Source: a virus
Taxonomy: Duplodnaviria > Caudoviricetes
Strand: one strand, 5' to 3'
Virus record (IMG/VR): IMGVR_UViG_3300045922_000164
Span: 1-60,962 of that record
Length of the DNA: 60,962 nt
In this document: positions 44,055 through 53,000 of the stretch, one piece after another
How the letters are laid out: every line of letters begins with the position of its first letter
How positions within the stretch are numbered: position 1 is the first letter of the stretch
The notes under the pieces: model-generated
What the model saw: only the letters and a program-made list of their open reading frames with translations
Databases searched by the model: none
Told to the model about the DNA's origin: nothing
Position numbers and translations under genes: made by a program

Positions 44055-47000
44055 CCTGCACCCTGCGGTCGAACTCCTCCTGCGTGATCCCACGGCGGGC
44101 AAGCTGCCGGGCGAGACCACGGATCTCCTCCTCCGTGCGCTCTTTGTAAGCCTTGAACTCCTGCACAGCCCTGAGCCTCATCTCGTCAGGCGGGTAGGAC
44201 TTGATCTTCACCCCGACGGATGACGCGAGAGCCTGACCAAGGCTCACTTCTCGCCCGAACGGGTCGAGCTTGCCTCTCAACGCAGACTCGATGGCCGTCC
44301 AGCTCCACGTCTGGAAATGGCCGGTCTCCGCCATCGGGATGACGTACCCCGGTCCGGGAAGAGGCAGGTTCGGCATCATCGCTTTGAAGAACCAGTCGCC
44401 GAACTTGATCGCCCGCTCAAGAGGGGTGTCGTTCTCGTCGATGATGGGCTTCCCTGTGAACTGGGACTTGTTGACGAAGAACTCCGCCATCAGGGACAGG
44501 GGGCCGCCAACGGAGAGCCAGTCAGGAACCGGGATGATTGCCTGGCTGGATTGCACGTCGAAGACGCTCCCACCTGGGACCCAACGGCGCACGTCGAGGA
44601 ATACCGGGGAGCCGTGCCGGTCGTTCCATGGCAGCCTGATCATCCTCGGGAAGATGCCGAAGACCCGACCGGAAAGCTCTTCCGGCATCAGCCTGCGCTC
44701 GCGCTCCTCGTCGCCGTCCGCACCAAGCAGGGAGTACGCGAGCGAGTTGAGGACGCTGGCGATCGTCCAGTATTTGGCGATCTTCCACGGCTTCTTGAAT
44801 GCCGTCTCGATCATCAGCGGGATCGCCCGGTAGCTGAACGCGATGAACGGGAGCCCGGTCCTACGGGCGGCCTGAACCCAGGGAGCGTTGATGTCGTAGT
44901 TCAGGAACGCATCACGTGCGGCCTTCCCGGCTTCGATGTCGCTCTTGCCGGCGTCGATCTCGCGCATGAACTTCGCCAGACGGAAGACCGAATCCTCCTG
45001 CTGGTAGAGGGAAACGAGAGTGTCGAACGGAAGTCTTCCTCTGCTCAAGAGAGACTTCGTGGCGTCCATGTTGCCCTTGAGCGACATCCAGACAAGCTGC
45101 ATGACCGATATCTTGCTGATGTCGGACTCGTTCAGGCTGCCCTCGATCTGCTTCAGGATCGGGCTGATGAACTCCTCGTTGATATCTGCGGCCACGAAGC
45201 TGCCGTACTCCGCTCCGCTGTCCTCGTAGCGGTTCATCAGGGCGACAGCCTGCGGGTCTCCCTTCTTCGCCTTGATGATGACGTTGAGCGCACCGATGAT
45301 GTCCCTCACGCGAACGTCGGCAACGTCCGCCATGATGAAGTTGGACATCACGTTGTTCATGTGGACCGACGGGCTGAGTGCGGTCTTGCTCTTCTTCCAG
45401 AACCTCAGCGTGCTGTCCCACAACTGGGAGAGCTCGCCCTCCGGGACAGCCATCGCGGTCCGGATGTCGTTCCAGATGACGCCGGGGAGAGCGCGACCAG
45501 CCAGAGCGCCATACTTGTGGATCTTCGTCCCCTGCACGTAGGTGCTTGGCACGATGACCCACTCGTCCCTGCCGTAGGTCTTGGTCGTGACGAATCCCTC
45601 TGAGGCCGGGACGATGTTGTCGACCTCCTTCGGATCCTTCGCGTACTCCCTGTTCACCCACGCCAGGAACCTTGCTGTCTCCACGTCGCGGACGGCAGCG
45701 ATGACCGTCTTCGCGAACGCGTACTTGACTTCCTCGATCTCTCCCAGTCGCTCCCGCTCCTCCTTCGTGAGGTCGCGCCACATGCCGACCTGGTTGTTCT
45801 TGTCGAAGAAGCGGGCCTCCCAGATCCCCTCGGCCTGATGCCCAGGCGGGTGGACACCAGCTTGCGCGGCCTGGAGCGGGACGTACTCGACGCTCCTGAG
45901 CCTGCCAGCTTCATCTCTGCGCTCGAACCGGACGAACAGGTCGCCCTTGTTCACCTCGTCGGTGTACTTGATCAGGGCATCATCCTTCACGTCGTCCCTG
46001 AGTCCGCGACCCCTGAAGTTCTCGGCGCGGATCGCGGCAGACCGCTTGAAGGACTTCATGAGCGTGCTGCCTTTGTCCATCAGGTGGCGAGCGTAAGTCC
46101 TGTGCAGGTACGCCATCAGGTTGCGGTTGTAGCTCTCCTCCGAGAGAAGACCCAGAGCGACAGCCTCCCGCCCAAGCTCATCCACGAGCTCCTTCATCTT
46201 GAGCAGGTGTTGCCGGCTGTCCTCAGGCAACCTGGCCATGAGACGCCTTTCAAGCTCGGTGTCAGGCTTCTCGGACATCCACAGGTACGCGATCCTGCTT
46301 TCCTCCTTCGTGAGGTTGGCAAGGTGGTCGAGGAGATTCTTCGACTCCCTGAGCCTGCGGTTGATGTGCGCCCGCTTCACGATCTTCGCGTCAAGGTAGG
46401 GCTCAGGCAGACCGTAGTCAGCGATCAGGCCGTGCGCCGCCTTCTCAAGAAGCGGGTGCTTAACTGTCTCCATCCGGCCTACGGCATGCAGCTTGTCCCA
46501 GATCGGAGACGTGATGTGCTTGGCCAGAAGCTCGAAGCCAGCCTTCTTGAAGACGAGATCGATGAGGCCGGAGTGTCCCTCGGTCGTCATCTGGGGGGCG
46601 ACCGAGTAGAACGGCTTCGGGGCCAGGTTCAGGGTGCTCTCGCGGATGAGCTTCGTGACAGCGTTCGTCCTCTCATTCTCGTCCTCGATGTTCACCGCGT
46701 CAGCCAGCTTCCCGGCCTGATCGAGCCTCAGGAGAGCCTCCGTGATCGCGACCCTTGAGATCGTCCTGTTGCCTGCGGCGACGATGTACGGGTTGACACT
46801 GGTGGTCGGCTCCGCCCTCTGTGTCTCCCCCTCCACCTTGACCCTGGCCAAAGCCTCATCGAACGCCGGCTCGTTGTAGAGGGACATCACGTCCCTGAGC
46901 CAGATCGCCATCGAGCCGACGGTGTGTTCTACGTTGTCACGGTAGATCCTGAGTCCGGCGTCATACTGGTTGGCATGCAGGCCGACGTGGTCCGTTTTCC

Positions 47001-50000
47001 CCTCGCGCAAGATCGAGTTCAGGGTGGCCTCAGCCCTCCTGATGAGAGCCCTGTCGCTCAGGCCGAACGGGTCGCCGACGAACCTCCTGTTCGTCGCCGC
47101 CGCCCACTTCATGATTGCCTGATAGATCAACGCCCCATCGGTCACGTTCTGCGTGAGGCCGATCATGTTGGCGACAGCAGTCTTGTCGTCGAAGTAGACG
47201 GTGGCTTGCGCAGTCCTCGGGATGCTGTCAGGCGGCTCACCGCGCTCAGCGGACAGCTTTCTGATCTGCTCGTCTGTGAGCTTGACCTCGATGTCCCACT
47301 TGCTGTGGGGCTGGAACGACGCGACGCCATTGAGGCTGAGGGTTGGTGACGCCTCCTGGTACGCGAACATCTCTCTGGCTGCCCGCAGAACAGGCGACTT
47401 CGTTGCTGTGATTTTTCCTCCAGACGCCTGCGTGAGGATCTTGTTCAGGTCTGAAGACTTGACGATCTTGTAGTCGAACAGCTTCCTGTTCTTCGCGAAC
47501 GCAAGGAGAGCAGCGCCAACACGAGCCTCCGTGGCTGCGCTCCGTTTGTCTCTCAGCTTCTTCGTGTCCTTGTAGACCCCAGGAACAATGTCCCCGGGGT
47601 ACTCGACGATGATGTTCGAGATGTCGCCCTCGTCGAGTCCGTCACCGTAGTCAGGCTGCTCTCCGAAGATCTCGGTCTCGATCCACTGGTCCTCCCCGGA
47701 TGTGGAGAAGAGTGGCACTGTGCGCGACATGAACTTCTGCATCATGTCGTCCGTGATGTCGAACCCCAATTGGGTTGACTCTTCGCCGTCGTAGTACGTG
47801 AAGACCTGTTTTACTCGATCTCCACCGAGCTTCTTCAGCACATCTTCGGCAACCATCGGGACGATCTTGTCGTAGAACTCAAGCATCCCTGTTCCGCCGA
47901 ATGATTCATCGACTTGAATATCTACGGCGTCGTTTTTCTTCTTTGCTTCATCTAGGGCAGAGAGAATTTTTTTGGTAAGCTCTTTGCCGAACAACTCATG
48001 CACGCCAAGTTTTTTTGCAACGTATGCAGAAGGTCCGTGCGTAACCATAAACATTGTGTTGTTGTTTTCAAGAACTCCCGATAGAACTGTGTAATGTTTT
48101 TGTGATAACCAAACGAGTCCAGTCTGAGTCACCCTGATTTTGTCAACAGCCTTCCTGAGATTATATCTATAAGCCTGCTGTGTGCCGGTTGTCCATGCAA
48201 CCTTGCGCGCTCCGCGCACGATTGCCTGATTGATCGCTGACTTGAGCGCCAAAGAAACCCAAGACTTGGTTTCTTGGATAAATGGCCCAGAAGGCGTGTA
48301 CTGGTACGACTTGAGGCGACCTAGCTCTTGCCTTGTCTTTTCTATCTCAGATTGAAGGAGTTCACTGTCGTCTTTAGATGATCTCGCAATCAGATCATCA
48401 AGCTCTTTCTTAAGCCTGAAATACGACTGCCCCTTCCTGTAGTCTTGTGCCCAGTCGCTCTGAATTTCCTGTATGAAGAATACAGGCTGACCGTCCTGAC
48501 CCTTCCTTATGTCATAACGCAAATGGAAGATTCTGTTTTTCTCGATGCCACCGAACATCCTGTGTGTAATTAGCACTTTGTAATTGATTTCTCCTGTGGC
48601 TGGTTCCCCAGCGTCGAGCGCAAGAATGCCGGCTTCAGATATACGATCCTTGGACAGTTCGTAGTCTGTGTATTGTATGAATGGGACGCTCTCAATAGAT
48701 TCGAACTCTTTGTAGTCAGCAGCGCTCTTTGCTATTTGAGTAGCCTCATTCACGGCTCGCTCAATAAGACCCTCACGTGGCCAGTAATCACTCAGATTGT
48801 ACTCGGTTATCTTCCTGTTTGTTCCCCAAACAAATACCTTGTCTTTCTTCACTACTACATACCCGGCTCCTGCCGGACCATACGCAACGAAAGCGTTCTT
48901 TGACACCCATCCGGCTCGTCTACCTGTATAGATCGCCTGCCTTTCTTTGATGTACTCTGCGCCCTCGATTGCACTAAGCACATCTTCCTTCGTGAGCTTT
49001 TTCTTCTTTTCTTTTGCGAGCTCGATGACCTCCCTGACTCCGGTCCACGCGATCTCGTCCTCTTTCACCCCCTTGTTCTTCAGGCCGTTGATGATGTTCT
49101 CCCACTGGTCTGCGGGTGCGGAGTTGACCTTCAGGTCCCTGACAGCCTTATGGAGTGGGCTGTAGGCCCACCAGGGGATGCTGGTGCTGAACTTGACCCG
49201 GCTCTGGACCGGGACTGAGGTGTGCTTGCGCCCGATCAGGACTGCCGCCCCCGAGCGCCCGAACTCGCGGGTGAGGTAGCCGTCGAAGCCGGCCTCGATG
49301 ACCGCCCTCTCGAAAGCGTTCCTGTCCTTGCTGACGAGGTTCAGCGGGTCGGCGTCAGCGTCATAGAGGTTGCGCAGCCTGACGGTATGCTCTTGGCTGC
49401 CGACGACAGACTCAGGGTGGATCCCTGAGCCGGTGTCGAAGTAGAAGTAGATCCGGTGGCTTAGCTCTGGGTCTGACTTGACCCGCTCCCACTCGTCTCC
49501 CCTGTGGTTGCGTCCGTAGTAGGCTCCGTTGAGGAACTGCCTCCGCTCGCCGGAGAAGTGGTGGCCGACGACTTCGACGGAGTGCTCTCGCGGCTCCCCG
49601 TAGACGGCTGAAGTTTCCTCTCCAGCGCTCGCCTCAGTTGCTCTTCCGCGCCCGCCATCGGGTCGCTCGAACTGGGCGACCCACCCTTCGAGCCTTTTCT
49701 GGGCGTACGCACGAAGGCGGTCGGCATCAGCACGCCTGCTCCCCCGAACACCTTCTCGTCCGGCCCCAGTTCCCTCCACGACCTGATTGCCATACCTCGT
49801 TCCCTCCAAGTAGGCTTCCGCGCTCCCTGGCTCGATCCAGTCGGAGCGGAAGCGTTTGACTCCGACATCGTACTCCTGATCCTCCGACGCGAGCGCGCTC
49901 CTGATGGCGCTCAGGAACGAGTCGTCGGAGGCGTTGGTGAAGTTCCCGATAATGAGGTGGCCGTCCTTCACCGAGTACCCAATCGGCGAGTTCACCGCGG

Positions 50001-53000
50001 ACGACACCCTGTCCACCATCCTCCCGAAGAGTTCCTCAGCCTCCGCAGGCGAGATGCCGCCGTCCTTCGTGATCGTGACGAACGAGGTGACACCATTACC
50101 CTCGGTGACGGACTCGTCGTACGCGATCATCGCCTTCTGATCGAAGATGTAGCCGAGAACCTTAGCCACCTCAACTGCATCATCAATCGACGACTTCGGC
50201 AGGTGGACGATGAAGTTCGGAGACGACTCGTTCATGAAGCCGCCGACGGAGTGCTCGATCCTGAACGGGATGCCCATGTCGTTCAGAACACGAGGCACGA
50301 TAGAGCGAGCCACCGACTCGCTGATGAGCTTCAGCGCGCGCTTCGGGAGAGCGGTCAGCCGCTCTTTGAGCTGTCCTTCTCCTGGGACGACTTCTGCGTA
50401 GACCCCCGTGTCCTCTCTTTGCTTCGGTGCAACAGAGTACGAATGAGATCCCAGTTCGGGTTCCAGTCCAGAATCGGGATATCCTTCTCCACGATCCTGT
50501 TCCTCTCTTCGAACAAGTCCTCTTTTCTCGGCATAACGTGTCACCTCCGTTCCGTAATCGGTGAGCAGCTTCCTGTCGGTCCTCGCACCGAGACGTTGGT
50601 AATAGATCTTCTCCGGGTACCAGAGAAGGGCTTGCAGGTCGGCGACCTCAAGGTCGTACCCGCGCTTGCGCATCCTCCCAAGGAGGTTGTTCATCACGCG
50701 TCGGATGAAGTCGCGCTGGGCCGCGCTACGTGGCGCGTCACGCAGGGGGCTTCTCTGCCCGAGTTCGTCCTCGAAGTCGACGACCTCCTTCTCCGGAAGC
50801 AGGATGTCGCCAGTCAGCCGACCGATGGTGCGCATCAACCACTGATCGATGGTCAGGAACTCGTACCTGCCCATCAAGTTCGGGAAGAATCCGGCCCCAA
50901 CCTTCGACCCGAAGATGACAGCAACAGGCAGCTCGGCGTCGACAAGCTCCTTGATGTTCTTCAGACCGAATGCCTGCTTCGTGATCGAGACGGGCTGGAC
51001 CTCCAACATTCTCTGGACGAACCCGTCCACCCCATAGTGCCTGATGATCGCGTTCGCGCGAGCGAACGAGTTCACCATCTGGCGAGCTCTGACGACAGGT
51101 TTCGCTCCCGGGTACATGACGATGTAGCTCTTGTCCTCGGGGAGCTTTCTGTTCTGCTCGTAGTACCCGTAGACCTCGAACGCTGTCCTCACGTTGTCGG
51201 ACACGCTCAGTCCTGGAGACGTGATCGCCAGGATGAACGCGAACATCGCCCGCCCATCAGGTGTGCCGATGCTCGGGTAGACCTTCGCCGCCATCTGCAT
51301 GGCGGTCTCAAGGTTCTTCCGGTACCAGTCGATCGCGTTGTCCGGGTCGTCCATCGCGTGGATGGCCTCAGCCTCCAGGATCTCCGCGATGAAGTTCACC
51401 GCCTCATCATCGAAGCTCTTCAGAGGACCGCCGAAGGTCTTCCTGTAGTTCTCTTCGAGGAACCTGCCGATGGCTTTGAGACCGGTCTTCTCGTCGTCTG
51501 AGTTCGTGACCCTGACGTTCTGCTTGAGATCTTGGTCTCCGTAGACGACATCGATGAGCGAGACCGCACGCTGTTTGTCGGTGAGCTTCGGTGGGGCGAC
51601 GCTGTATGCGGCAGCCCTCCTTCTGGTGTCAGCGATGTCTTGCGGCGAGATTGTCAGCGTCTCCCTGCCGCTCTCGGTTTGAACGGAAACCGTCCTACTA
51701 TTCTTCCCGCCTCCCTTGAGCATTCCGCGAAGACGCTCGACTTCCTTCTTCGGGATAAAGAGCAGTCTTCCGTTGTACGCCTCATCAAGGACGTGAGCTG
51801 CGCTCGCGTGCTTGCCGTAGAGGGTCGCGACCTGAATGACCTTGTTGACTGGGCCGTCGCCATTCCTGAGGTTGCCCTTCTCAAGAACGGCAAGCAGTGG
51901 GTGACCTTCTGGAGAGATGGCCGGCAGGATGACGCTTACCCTCTTCGCCTCATTGAAGTTCTTCACCGGGACGCCATTCTCATTCCTTGGGTCCAGGATG
52001 GCCCTGGGCTGCATCGCGAGAAGTTCTGGCAGGGCACCGATGATGTTCGAGTCGATGCCTTCTGTGCCATGACGCTCGCGGATGTGTTCCACCGTGCCGC
52101 GATGAAGGGTTACCGGCGCGTTCGTGGAGACGCCGGCAAATCCGTATTCCCTTGGTAGCGACCGCGCAATCGTCACCTCGGGGAAGCGCTCTTGAACATC
52201 TCCTACGTTTTCAACCCAGTTCTTTAGCAATGTGGAGTATTTGGTGCCCTCAGCAGGCTTTCTGACCTCTCCGGTCGATCTTCCGGAGATAGCCCTGATG
52301 AGACCGAACGCTTCAGCGTCAGAGATATCGCTGACATCGCGACCGGTGACGCGCTTGATGTAGTGCTTGACCCTGTTGGCGAACCGCTTGATCGCTGCGA
52401 TGATGCCGGGCTTGAATTGGTCTGGAACCTCCAGACCGTACCGCATCCGGATGGCGTCCGTCCTCCCTGTGCGGATCGCAGCCTCAAGCTCTGCTCCAGC
52501 CTCCTCGATGGCTTGCGTCATCGCGACTGCGGCTCTCGCGTCGCCGGCAGCCCTCTCCTCCATGATCCTCGTCGCGAGGTCTCGGATGAACCTGTTGCGT
52601 CCGAGTTCGGCGATGTCGGCCTTGTAGCCCTCGCTCTCCCTGACAGCCTTCCCGCGATGGAAGAGTTCGTGCCACGCCACCCAGGCGGCGCGCTCTTCCG
52701 CCGTCATCAGGACTTTTCCAGTCCTCGAAACGACCGGTCGGATCCGGTCAGCGAAGATGGTCAGGGTGTCTGTGGCGTCGTCGTACTGGGCCTCAACACC
52801 TTCCGGCACGGAGGAGAAGAGGCGGCCCTGCTGGTCAACCTGGTCGGCGCGCGCAACCTTGATCCTCTTGGCGCGCTCTGCGCCCACTCCTCTCGCCACG
52901 ACTCTGGCGACAGCGCGAGACAGGAGGCCGCCCTCCTCCTCGAACATCCTGATCTGCTTCTCAAGGTCGGCCTTCTCCAGTTTGGCGGCCTGTACTGCCT

